Below, piece after piece: positions 13,465 through 25,842 of a DNA stretch of 64,000 nucleotides. Made by a program: the position numbers and the translations under genes. This DNA is from Lytechinus pictus (taxonomy: Eukaryota), in NCBI RefSeq assembly GCF_037042905.1, contig NC_087263.1, forward strand, positions 11,658,001 to 11,722,000. Direction: 5' to 3'. The notes beneath the pieces were generated by a model. It was not told the origin of the DNA. It ran no database searches and saw nothing but the letters and a program-made list of their open reading frames with translations. The stretch's first letter is position 1; every line of letters starts with the position of its first letter.

Positions 13465-14714
13465 TTGGCACCGAGCCCCCCCCCCCCCCCAACAAAAAAA
13501 CACTCTCTACGCCAGTGGTTAATATTTTCAAATTTCATTAACATGATGCAAGGAGTATTTGTTGTATTGAATCTAATTCAAGGCTCTATCTTCTACAATT
13601 TGTTGTTGCAAACTTGCAATAGTAGCAAATTGTAGTAATTTAATTGATACAGTCGGTAAGGGTACTTAGCACGTGTAAAGAGCCAATATTGTAACAAAAA
13701 CTAAGAAATGAACGGAGTAAATAAATATATGAAAATCAATCAAGTAGGGTAACAGTTTCTGTTAATGTCCAAATCGATAATTCCAACAATCGTAAATAAT
13801 TATTGCGTAAAATTGAATGAAGGAAATCATCTTTTCGAAACATAATTTTCTGTGGAGCCTATTTTTATTGCTAATACACACATTCACGCGAGAAGATGCC
13901 GGCAGAAATATATGGCGGTTAATTGTCATTATAATGGTAAAAAGTATGAAAATATTCGTTAGATTTAAATTCATTTTCTTTACGAATAAAAAAAAATATA
14001 CGAGTGCACAGAATGTAAATTAAAGACAGAATCTTACCGTATACAGCACCACGATCGAATATCTACCTAGTTCCTACCGCATAATCATAGCTCCAAATAT
14101 CGCTTGGTTTGTTTTGCACGGCTTTCATTATCTGCCTGCTCATAATACACGCGTTGATCACGGTCACGAATTTGCTTCTGTTTGGTTATCGTGAGCTACT
14201 CATAAAAAGTATTTATTATTCATGTGGCATGGCGGTGGAAGTGGGAAAAGGGTGGAGAATGGCACTGGAATTTAATAAACAGGCCTTTTCAGATTATACT
14301 AATGTAACTATATAAGCCATTGTTTGGTTTAATAATTTTCTATGTCTTATGACCATATTCATGATTTATGAACTGAACATATATTTCTATGTACACATGT
14401 GCTCAAAACTAAATGAACCCCACCACAAATGACTTCACAATCAAAATATCTAAAACATGGCAGAACTTAAACACTTATATTATGTTCATTTTCTGGTTGG
14501 GTTCACAGACTCCCGAGCACCACTATACACACAATATACACACCAACACTCACCCACCACACACACCCTCACACAAATATACTTCGTGTGATACTTTCGC
14601 TTTCCATTATATATCAAATATTCTGATATGCAGGGGCGGCGGCGCGAAGATGAAAGTGCGGAGGGGAGGGGGGGGGGCACAGGGGGAAACAAGGCACGTT
14701 TTCTATTTTTTAAA

Positions 14715-14958
14715 CATGGCCGTATACATAATTTTTTGCTGGGGGGGGGGCAGCACGCGTAAACTTATTGAAAAAAATTGAAAGCGAGGGAGTGAACCAA
14801 CCGAGCTTATCATTGAGGAGCTTTTGCATTTTCGTTAAGTGAAATTGCTGGATTTTGTGCACATTTTTGGTGGATATTTTGAAAATCTGCAGTAAAATAT
14901 GTGAGTTTTCAACAACAAAAAATTTGGGGGTGACCCCTACCCGCTGCGTACGGCCATG
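14715..14958. mobile_element. hAT-type MITE
   Basis: CATGGCCGTA ... TACGGCCATG; flanks TTTTTAAA/ATCTTAAA match 6 of 8; inverted relative at ~57725-57935. Confidence 0.65.
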
Positions 14959-17348
14959 ATCTTAAAACAAAGAAAAAAATACTAATCTACCCCACTCACA
15001 TGACTCATGAAACTTAAAGGCACGTAAACTATGATTATTTTTACATTTATATGCACTTGCAGAAGGAAGCAGAACGGCGCTAAATAAAGAAACCGGGCGC
15101 TCATTGGGTACAAAAAGGGTGGTTTTTAAGAACAAATTATCTGATATGAACAACAGGCACCTATGAGAAGGCAAATAGGCACTATTAACTTGTTGGATAA
15201 GGGATTGCTCTGTTTTCTATATGCCTGCTTATGAACATTATCATGCATTTCAATCTGCATCCAGATACTTTTATAATCAAGCGAGAGCATAATAAAAGTT
15301 AAACCTTTTTTTTTGGAAGCGCCTTTCTTGCTAGCCTTACCAACGGTCTCATTATGGGGGCGCTGTTACAATCGAACATCTAGGTTATACTGACATAAAT
15401 AGGCAAGGTACAACTTTTGATTTAGTTATTACTTTCTGTAGTATATTTGAATTTACTTCTTATATCGTGTTTGACACTTTCATTTATATCATAATGTTTT
15501 GAATGAGGGAGTGTGGCTCTTTTTACAATGTTCTATGAACGATTTCTTGTATTTTGAATATTTTTTTTAATGAATGCTAAATGAGAAAAAATGCCTTGAC
15601 ATCGTTAGTAAAGAAGGCGAGATCGCATTAAACCATGATTTTTTAAAAATATAGATTGCTCTTTTATCTTGCATCAAATAAATGAAAATGCTTCATGCAT
15701 TATTGATACCCACGTAAGCACGTGTTTTTTAGGGGGAAATGTATGAATCTTGCTCGTCATTAATACCACATGTTACAGTCACTTGGTGCATTAAAGCAAA
15801 AGGAACGTAACATTAAGCAATGACAAATTATTGTTTTTTGAGTAGGAGATAAATGTTTGTGCTATTCATTCTATCAATTTTGATTCAGTCTGGTGTTCCA
15901 CATATTATTTTTCATAGAGTAGGAAATATATCAAGTAAGGTTAATGTAAAAACAACAATAAACAAAAACTTAAAGTTCAACGTGAGGTTGTGAATTCCAA
16001 CAGTCTGGCTGTATTTTCATTTGTTTCAAGGTCTACAAATTAGTGGATAATAAGAATGCTTGGTGACGAATCTGACGCTACGATATGGCTAAAATCTTTC
16101 ATTGCTTATTCCATGATAAACATTTCTCCTGAAACTTTCAAAAGGAACTTTCTGTCATGTTAGTGATGATTATTTGGAAATCTTATTTAGTCTGCAGACT
16201 CCATGGGGAGTAAATATGTATTAGGTAAGGAATATAGGACGACATAGGCACCATGAACCCCCCTTGCCGTGCGTTGTTTATCGTACGTGTGGAACGTGAT
16301 CATGCCCGCCGAAAGAAAAAAAAAATGACAGGGGAGGGGGGGGGGGTGGATAAATGGATCTTATTCCTCAGTCTCGGGGGGGGGGGGTTACTTTAGTTAA
16401 ATTCCAGAGAGAGAGGGGGGTGGGAGGGAATGGGGGAGAGACCTTTCAAAGGATTGTCATCTTCAGTCTCCTTTAATTTTTTTCTAGGGGTTTGGGGTTG
16501 TACAGTGCGAGCCAGGAAAAATGTTACACTTTTTAAATTAAGCATTTTCTATATGAAATATGGGATTCAGAGATAATTTCTAACATGTATGGATAGAGAA
16601 AATATTCCTTTGTCACTTGGAGAAATTTGTTTCAGCGTTGTTGTTATGGTTTTGAGTGCACAACAGCCATTGTTTGAAAAAAAGTCAAAGCCCATTTGCG
16701 CCAAGTCATGTGATTACATGTTGAAACAGAGACAAAAACATTCACACAAACAATGAGCGTAACGTTTATGCATATGTTTATTAATCAAGCAAAATAAGCA
16801 AGAGAAACAATAAATCAGTGAATTATCTTTACTAAAGTTCCTTTCATTGTCATTTTGGCCACACCTTGGACAAAGAATCCCGCCTTCAATCTATCTTTCT
16901 ATATTTATAAACAGAGAGAGATCGATAGAGCGAGGGAGAGAGTAGGGGGGAAACGAGAAGAGAGAGGAGAAGGGAGTGGAAGAGACCTTTGAAATAAGTC
17001 GGGTTCTTCAGTCTCATTTGTGTGTGTGCATGTGTGTGTTGTCAAATTCCAAGAGAGAGAGAGAAATAAAGATATAATTTTATCATTTTTATTATGTGTA
17101 ATATTATCAATATCATCATTGTTACTATAATTATCAGCTTTATTTTCATTAACATTATCATCATCGTCATGTCATAACATTGGTCATCAATGTTATTATA
17201 GTTTTAATTGCCGTCATTTTTATTTTTTTAGATTATTAATACTATTACTATTTTCATCATTCATAAATGTCAGTACTTTTCAATATACTTGAAGCTCGAA
17301 TCTTCCTTCACGGAGAGTAATCGAATATCATAACACAACTCCCCCCCC

Positions 17349-17379
<31 letters not shown>

Positions 17380-19478
17380 ATAGACCTACGCGCACAATAG
17401 GACGTACGCCCATTTCGTAATTATGGCGGGAAAACCGAAGTCCATGCTCTGGGATGTATTTGACCTGGGAATTGGTAAAAATCTCACGTGATTTCAGCCT
17501 TGATAAAGTCCCAAATTTTCAACATTAACGGGGGAAATAGACAATACAATGTTATGTGCTGGATAAGTACACATCATCAAGTTATGACACATGGCTTTTA
17601 AATAGGTCGCAACCTGCAGGTGACGAAATTCTTGATTTTGCAAAAAAAAAGAGGGGCGGGCCAAGAACAAGTCAAGAAATTCTAAGAAACCTTGAAGTTC
17701 TCGAATGGGTCCTCTTGGGGAGCGATTCCTATTTTGCAGAACATCTTTTTCCAAGTGAGAATAGTTTTGATCGAGCTGTCATCACTTCTTTATAATAATT
17801 CCTCGTATGGATATAGAACAAATCTCGCGAAATTGCAAATAAAATCCCATGCTTTCCTTTCGGCAACTTTCTTCCTTTCTCTCTCCCTTCCCCTGCTTCT
17901 CCGTTTATTTGTTCTAATATTGTACTTGCTTTCTAAAAGCCAGTCTCTTCTTTATTTTCTTCTTTGTACTAAATGGGTTTCCTTTTAGTATGGCGAACAC
18001 GAGTATGATAAGCCAATTTGTCTCTCTCTCTCTCTCCTCCTCCTCCTCCTCATTTTTTTTCTCTTTACCGTACCCCTTTCTAAAACTATCTTCTTCTTCT
18101 TTTCTCTCTATGTCCCTTTCTTTCTATTCCTCATAATTGTTCTCTTTCTCTCCCTGTACCCTCCTTTTTTGAATATCTAATACTTCTCTCCTGATTTCTC
18201 CAATGCTCTCATTCTCTATTTATCATCACCATCATCGACATCGTCACCCCCCCCCCCCATTCTCCCCTCCCTCTCTCTCTCTCTCTCTCTCTTTTCCCCA
18301 TACATGCGCAATTCCAGGAGTGTCGTGGTCTCCTTCATGTCTCCATGATACGCCCCTTTGGAAGTTATTGTTTATATAATAATATATTTTTTTTTTTTGG
18401 GGGGGGGGGGATGGGGATTGTCATAACGTTCTTGTCGGTAAATTGTTTTTTGGCAGTGAGAAGCCCCTTCCCGCTTGTCCAATTAATTTTGATAACCTAG
18501 ATGGATGAACTTTCTATGTGCCCCTTCTACCCCCCCCCCCCCAAAAAAAAAAAATTTGGTGATCTACTCCTGGAGCTGTCCCGCCTACGTCACTCGCAAC
18601 TTGGGAGGGTAGTTGTTCAAATAATAGCCCAAGAACAGCCGTAGATCTGAAATAACATAGGAGCAATCCTCTCGATCGCCGGAGCTTGTTTGAAGGAGGG
18701 CGAATCTATGCCATAGCGTTAACCGCTATTTCAAGCGCACTCGAGTACGGGGTCTGGAAGATGGTTCTATTTGCCAGAGGTTCTCCTGAGGATGCAACAC
18801 GCATGACAGGCCTGGGGCTATATCTTTGTACCTGACTGATTGATACATCTTTCTTTCGGACATAAAGCTATTCGGATTTCGGATACCAAATTTTCCTGAC
18901 TTTTTATTTCTAAGAACTTCTTTTCATTCTGACAACCCCATCTGTCAGTCAGCGACAGCTTCACAGACGAAAACAACTCCCGACCAATCAAAGTTATTAC
19001 GTGATAATGAATGACACATCGTCGGTCGGTTGGCAGTCGGTTTCCTAGATGTGACTGTAGCATTAGGCTGATGACGTAACAATTATTGGTATGATTGGTG
19101 CTAAGTACTGTTCTATTCGGAAGTGCATTTATATCTCGAGACATCTCTCGTGCAGTAACATTAGTAGACGGTGTACCACAGCACAGCACCATGTAATCAC
19201 ATTCTTAACCGATGATTTGACATAGAGGTCATAGCCAGGTAAGTATACAGATCCTTAGATGAAATGGCAAATAATATTTTTAATAAAGTCCCATTGCCAA
19301 GGAAACAATTTCTTATCGTTCAGAACAACCGATTTTTATTCTATTTCGAAAGTTTCATTCATCTGTGAATGCTGCAGGAAAATGTTTTCTAAATTTTGTT
19401 CTCTTTTTAAAAAAATACGAGTGGTTTTTCACTCGATTGTCACTCCGATATGTAAGGGACATTCAATCATATTTGGGA

Positions 19479-19549
<71 letters not shown>

Positions 19550-19597
19550 GAGATGAGGCGAGGCCAACTCAACAGATGACACAGGACACCATTATTT

Positions 19598-19637
19598 GCT
19601 TTAGCTTTCGTCTTTTAATTGAGACTTCGTCAGAAGC
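19598..19637 (-). ncRNA. Minimal type I hammerhead ribozyme motif (Penelope-like element type)
   Basis: Minus strand reads GCUU-CUGACGA-A-GUCU-caauuaaa-AGAC-GAAA-GC-UA-AAGC: complete core, stem I GCUU/AAGC, stem II GUCU/AGAC, palindromic AGCU in place of stem III. Confidence 0.75.
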
Positions 19638-19964
19638 GTCTGAAAAATATAAGGAGATACAACATCCAAGTTTGTTTTGCACATCAATGAATTATCACCA
19701 AGTTGAATATATTCCATAATGACAAATTAATGAATGAACAGATAAATAAATTAATGAATAATAAATAATTCATTCAATTAAAATAATAATGATATAAATG
19801 AAGAAGACATACCTGTAATTACAGACTATTGTGATAGTTAAGTATGACCGTATCCTATCTCGTTCTTTAGGAACGTGGCAAAAAATGCACAATGAAAACA
19901 TATATATATATATATCATAATGAACGAATGGACAGTTTTTTAGGGGAGGATCATCATTATTGGA

Positions 19965-20012
<48 letters not shown>

Positions 20013-20027
20013 TCTTTGTGAGCTTTA

Positions 20028-20066
20028 TCCCTGAAGAAGACGTATGTTTAACGTCGAAAATTTGGA
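20028..20066 (+). ncRNA. Second minimal hammerhead motif, probably weakened
   Basis: UCC-CUGAAGA-A-GACGU-auguuua-ACGUC-GAAA-AU-UU-GGA: 5-bp stem II, palindromic AAUU, 3-bp stem I; AATAAA just downstream. Confidence 0.6.
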
Positions 20067-21134
20067 ATTCAAAATAAACTGTTGGAACTAAGTACAATGC
20101 ATTACCACTTTGCTTCATTATATATAATGAATAAATTGACAATTTACACAAATTTCATTTTTTTAAAGAAATGTGAAATTCACTCAGCAGGTGAAATTCT
20201 CTTTAAACCTACGGAACTTGAGAACTGAATTATCCGCGCGATTTTTTTTTAAAGAGAAAGGGCAAAAAGCGCAGGAAGGTAGGGAAGGGGATGTACCTCA
20301 ACAAGTAAGACCCTACCTTCACAAAAAACTTAAATTAATATTTGGTTTGTTAAAGAAAACCATATTACAATATTTTAGGGGAGGATCATCATTGAGGGAC
20401 CCCCTCACCCCCCCCCCCCCCCCGCCCGTGATTTTTCCTAGTACAGCCCATGAGATCAATCAAATTGTAATACCATTACCCACATATTTACTGTCCCAAT
20501 GGACATTGGATAATTGATCGACGTTATTAGGGTTGGACCCAGAGGTAGAGAGGGAGGACAAGGTGACCAAACGAATCCATCATTCATCTGCATCCGTTGT
20601 ATGCACACATTGCTACGAATCAATAAAACCCCAAGTCCACTTAAAGGGGTTTCAATGCCATAGGCACACCAACGAAATCGATGTCAGACCGATCAAAGAT
20701 ATTACGTTATTTCCAATGACATACCATCGGTCGGTTTGGAGTCGGATATGTTGGGGTGGTGTGACTATACCATACGAGTACATGGAGTACGGACGTGTTA
20801 CGGTTAAATTAATATATAGTGCAGCGGCATTCGGTCCCAGTGCCATGTTTAACCGTATGGCCAATCGAACCACTTGAACACGAGTACTGCACCTGCCATT
20901 TTAGTTTTTAAAAACTGACAAGAAAACTTGTTATATTTACATTTCAATAATTCGAGTTGATTTTCTCACTCGGTTTCCTTCAGCTGAAAACTAGATAGTC
21001 ATGGTAACATTGATTAATATGTTTAATTGATTGGAAAATGAGAAAATATGTATTCCTTCTTTCATTAGTGTTTCTTCGAATTTGTCTTCTGGTCATTGTA
21101 CTCGTTTACGCTATAGAAAGGAGATAAGTGCAAG

Positions 21135-21198
21135 TCGAAAGCTTCAAAGGGATCTTCATTAAGTGATCACTTAATGAAGATCCCTTTGAAGCTTTCGA
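21135..21198. repeat. Perfect 64-bp palindrome with no spacer
   Basis: TCGAAAGCTTCAAAGGGATCTTCATTAAGTGA|TCACTTAATGAAGATCCCTTTGAAGCTTTCGA; 32 of 32 pairs match. Confidence 0.97.
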
Positions 21199-21503
21199 TT
21201 TTTTAAAGGGGGGGGGGGGCGTTATTCCTTTTGTGTATTAGACATTACCACCACCATTACCGTGATAACCAATTCCGTTGAATATAGGTGTACATCGTCA
21301 AGAGAGAGACCCCAAAACCTTCGCTATTTGGATCATGTACTATTTCTGCTTTGATTCATCCTCCCAGGGTCCTAGTAAACATGTGTGATACAAAAAATAA
21401 TATATATATATATGGCACCTTAAAACAAAGGAAAGCACAAGGAAAATAAGTCCAGGTTGCTGGGTTTTTTAGGACAAAGATGGAGAGATACTTGTTGTCA
21501 AAC

Positions 21504-21650
21504 GTTGAATTTTGTCTCTTCCTTGAAGTACGTGTTAGTTTGTGAGTATTATATAACATATTGGAAACAAACCTTTGTTGAATTTTGTCTCTTCCTTGAA
21601 GTACGTATTAGTTTGCGAGTATTATATAACAAATTGGAAAACAAACCTTT
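21504..21650. repeat. 73-bp tandem duplication
   Basis: GTTGAATTTTGTCTCTTCCTTGAAGTACGT... starts at 21504 and 21577 with few differences. Confidence 0.9.
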
Positions 21651-22007
21651 GTTTACACACTCAATATGTGTTGCTCATTGCCTTTCGAAAAAAAGTCCAA
21701 ACAATTATTAATGTTTATTGTGATTGGTGAGTATTTTTTATAAATGAGAGTTATTGTGTTTTTCAGTAAGATTGTGATGAAAATTGTTTCATCATTAAAA
21801 GTTTACCAAAGCTTTCCAAAATCTCTTCTCTCCGACATCTGAAAACAGAGTTACTGTAAATTTGATTCGTTTTCTGCAGAGCGCCACCTTATGGGGAACA
21901 CCGAAAGTCGAGGGAAATCCCCTAAAACTCTCACTCCTGTTTCCACGCACAATAATTGTGATCGACTTAAACTCACACACCGCCCATGATTTTAGTATCT
22001 GGCTATA

Positions 22008-22470
22008 GACCAGTTCGTAGTTACTTCAAGGACGATTTTGGTCAAATGACCTTTCATTTCTTTCATTATGATAGGCAGATTTCAAAGCAAGATATTACGT
22101 AAGCATGCCTTACACAGCAGTATGAAGAAATTGAATTTGACCAGGTGACTAGAATAGCACACCAATGAACGCTCTTATCCTCTATGAAGGTATTGTTGAG
22201 TTTCTTCTTTGAATGCATTTTATAGCATGTTGTACAATGTACTTGGCAAAATGTGAAATACCAGTCGTTCGTTGACGCATTGTTGTTGTTGTTTTTTGGA
22301 TATAAATGAAAAACACGATGCAAAAGAATAAATGAATAATCAAGACATCAAAGTTGGTGCTTATCGCATTAAATTTTAAACCACCATGTCACTTTTGTAC
22401 TAATGACCTTCCTCTGATCATGCGCAGAATCTTCATTTGATTGCGCGCAGAGTGGAACTACGAACTGGCT
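22008..22470. mobile_element. MITE, superfamily uncertain
   Basis: CCAGTTCGTAGTT ... AACTACGAACTGG inverted ends with TA-like flanks. Confidence 0.6.
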
Positions 22471-22976
22471 TATTTTGTGCCCCCGCTACCCCTCCCCCAT
22501 CTGCATCCTTCTAGTTCAAAATAACATGATTAAAGAAAGATAATCAGGGGCAGATATCTTTATGAAAATAATAGTTGCAAGTGTCAAAATGCTTAAACAT
22601 TCAAGGCCCAGGACTGGGCCCCATCCCACCCCTCACATAAATGAATAGAAATGAAAATGAAAGATTACAAAACAATATAAAATATGAATTCTGTAAATCG
22701 TATGTTCATACCAGATCTAAAACACAAACCCAAAGCAAATTTAATATTTATTCGAAATTCACAATAACTCATTATTTCTTCTGTCATTGAATGAAAATAT
22801 TACTGGATAAAAAACATTTATTTCATGCTACTTTGCATCGGAATATCGTCGCCAGTAATTTTGAAAAGTGAAAAGCTAAGATATACATAAACCTAAAAAC
22901 ACGCACACACACAAAACAGTAAAATGGATAGGAAACTGAGTGTTTCTGTTATTCTTCATTCACATCTGATCCTAAA

Positions 22977-23234
22977 AAGGGGCGGATCCAGTATTTTCCA
23001 AAAGGGGGGCACATTTTCACGACAAAAAATTGACAAGCAAAACAATTTTTTTAGGACATTTCGTCCACGAAAAATTAAAGAAAAAAAAGAAAAGAAAAAA
23101 AGGACTTCACTTTCAAAGGGGGGGGGGGGGCACACTTCTGTTTTAATGGCATTTTTACATTAGATGTTTTAATTGTGCCTCTCAAAAGGGGGCAGGGGCC
23201 GGCTTTGCCCCCCCCCCCCCTGGATCCGCCAGTG
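22977..23234. mobile_element. hAT-type MITE
   Basis: ATCCTAAA|AAGGGGCGGATCCAG ... CTGGATCCGCCAGTG|ATCCTAAC; 8-bp TSD; related fragment at ~975-1105. Confidence 0.85.
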
Positions 23235-24053
23235 ATCCTAACTATTCTGTAGTTTTTAGTTAAATCTTTTGCAGCTTTGGAGCTTTATGTAAAAAAAAAA
23301 AATTCAATAAAATTTAGCACAACAAATCAATAATTAATCAATGAAGTATATTTGAATAATAAGCATGATAAGAGAAAATTAAAATATTTTGTAAAATATG
23401 AAGTGGGCGATAGCGCTACCGATGCGGAAGACGGGGATGGGGGTCAAGTAAGCCCGCCGGGCTTTGCAATTTCAAAGTAACCCGAGTTATATAGGGCAAA
23501 CTAATGTATTACTCCCTAACCCCTACATATATGCTACATTTTTTTTTTCATTCTCATACTTTCCTCACTAACTCATGTAACCCCCTCCCTCTCCCTCTTT
23601 CCCCCTCCTTTTCTCTCACTCCCCCTCTCTCTCCCTTTCTCTCTCTCTCTCTCCCCTTTTCTCTCTCTCTCTCTCTCCATCTATTTAATTCTTTCCTATC
23701 TCTCTTTCTATGTCTCTTTAATTCATTCGCCCACCCTATTACTTCGTGGTTTATCGAACTTGCCTTGTTTATTCATGGAGTACTTGACATTTTGGTTATA
23801 TTTGTGTCGGTATCCCTTTCAACTTCATCCGAGAACCGGCTACTTAGACCACGATGTATACGGTGGAAATTTAGAGACTCACCAAATTTACATTGGATAT
23901 TCATGAAGTCGTTTTTGCATTCAACCACACGCTATCACGCATCAGCAAATCCTTTTTTTTTTTGGAGGGGGGGGGGGGTCTAACCTATTAACAAGAATAT
24001 TTCTAATAGGAGGCTGCACCCTACATGCTCTGCTTTTTTTGAAGCCTCCTATA

Positions 24054-25842
24054 CAGTGCGTCCCAAAAGACTGTACACTTTTGAAATGGCTGCCAAATAA
24101 AAAATATATCACTTTTGAGAAAAACACTTACATATATGGAAGCCAATAAAGTAAACTTTGAAATGACACCAACAAGTTGGAAAACTATTCATGCTTGAGC
24201 GAGCACTGCCCACTGAAGCAAAGGGTATGAAAATTAGGCTGGGCTGGAATTAGCCTTCCAATTTCTGTCAGTTTTTGAGAGGCATATCCTTTGGAAGTTT
24301 GGAACTTGCAAAGATTAAGGGTGTTGTGAGAAATTAATGACCAACCGTGACCAGTTTTGGTTGTTTAAGCAAATTTCATAAATTATCAAATTGAATTTTA
24401 ATGCATGAGTGAACACAAATTACACTTTTTGGGGCAGCATTTCAACTTTATCATGTGGATCTCAGCAATGTGTTCATGGGAGTCGGGAGAATAGGGGGTG
24501 AGATAGGACTTAAGTGGGAGAAGTAGGTTGATGGAATAAAGGTCAACAGAACACGTAGCCCCCCCCCTTCCTCTCTCCCGCCCTCCCCTCCTGTTGAGAG
24601 ACTGATTGCTATTGTCATGTACACGTGAAGTCCAGAGCAGAATGTTGATTTAATTATAATTCTGAATTGGGGCATCAACTTATCCTATCAATCATTTAAT
24701 CAACAATTTGTCAGTAAATAAACTCATTCAATGTGCAATGTGATCAATCATAAATTCATTTTTTTTAAATATATTATTTCATAAATCATCATAATCAGTC
24801 AATTTTTTGGTAATCACTCAAAAAAAATTGACCATCAGCCACCGGTCATTTGGCAGTTAAGTTTTGAATAGGATACAATCCAGGAAGTGAGAGAGAGAAG
24901 AAATCGGGGAAATGGAGGTGGAGGGGGGGTACATATGACTTTTAATTTGTAAAAGGACACAAAGAAGAGGAATGCCCTTTTAACCAAGTCTTACCACATC
25001 TCACCCTCTTGTTTGTAACGGGTACCATCACATTACTCTGACTCTCATGAACACACTGCTGAGGTCCACAAGGTGAATATGCTAAACTAGCATGACTAAA
25101 ATTACAATTTATGTTCACTCAGGCATTAAATTTCAATTTAGTAACCATAAACCAAAAAAAAAACCATAACTTATCTCACTCATTAATTAAGCATAACACC
25201 CTTAGCTTTGCAAGTTCCAAGGGACTAACCACTAAAAAAACTGTAAGGCTGATTCCTGCCCAGCCTAGCCAAGCTTAGTCTCACAGGAGGAGAGAAGTGT
25301 AGGGGGGGGAGGGGGTAGAGATGGAGGGAGGGGTTGCTAAATGTTCTGTTGACATTTATCCAATCAACGTACTTCACCTACTTAAGTCCTATCTTATCCC
25401 CTATTCTCCCGACTATCATGAACACATTGCTGAGATCCACATGATAAAGTCAAGTGCTGCACTAAAAATTGCAATTCATGATCACTCATGCATTAAATTT
25501 CAATTTAATAAATCATGAAATTTTTCTCAAACAACAAACTGATCACAATTGATGATTAATTCATCACAAAACCCTCAACTTTGCAAGTTCCAAACAAAAA
25601 AAAACCTGAAAGAAATTGGAAGGCTAATTCCAGCCCAGCCTAATATCATACCCTTTGTTTCAGTGGGCAGTGCTCGCTCAAGCATGAATAGTTTTCCAAC
25701 TTTTTGGTGTCATTTCAAAGTTTACTTTATTGGCTTTCCATATATACAGTATATATAAGTCTTTTCCCCCAAAGTGATATATATATATATTTTTTTTTTT
25801 TGGCAGCCATTTCAAAAGTGTATAGTTTTTTGGGAAGCACTG
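24054..25842. mobile_element. Non-autonomous Tc1/mariner-type element with ~540-bp TIRs
   Basis: TA|CAGTGCGTCCCAAAA ... TTTTGGGAAGCACTG|TA; inverted similarity from 24054-~24590 to ~25290-25842; no transposase. Confidence 0.88.

Larger units (their letters stand above)
8515..13472. mobile_element. Foldback-type DNA element with inverted 15-bp tandem arrays and 8-bp TSD
   Basis: GAGCCCCC at 8507-8514 and 13473-13480; both ends read GG-N7-TAAAAATGGCAGAGG inward; ~8 units on the left and ~17 inverted units on the right. Confidence 0.8.

Noticed and set aside
13195..13531. KMAEV/KNGRG/TSAIF pentapeptide-repeat ORFs (also 8321-8773)
   Set aside because: All are translations of one 15-bp DNA array that is open in several frames and on both strands; not proteins, and not CRISPR because there are no spacers
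16300..17070. Local similarity between 16390-16470 and 16980-17060, and a 36-bp doublet at ~48590-48665
   Set aside because: Old small duplications in low-complexity DNA with no further structure
19234..19247. Minus-strand ATACTTACCTGGC matching the U1 snRNA 5' end
   Set aside because: Similarity stops after 13 nt; it is just a splice donor consensus on the plus strand
19259..20151. YIYIYI ORFs (also 36591-36844)
   Set aside because: Translations of (TA)n microsatellites
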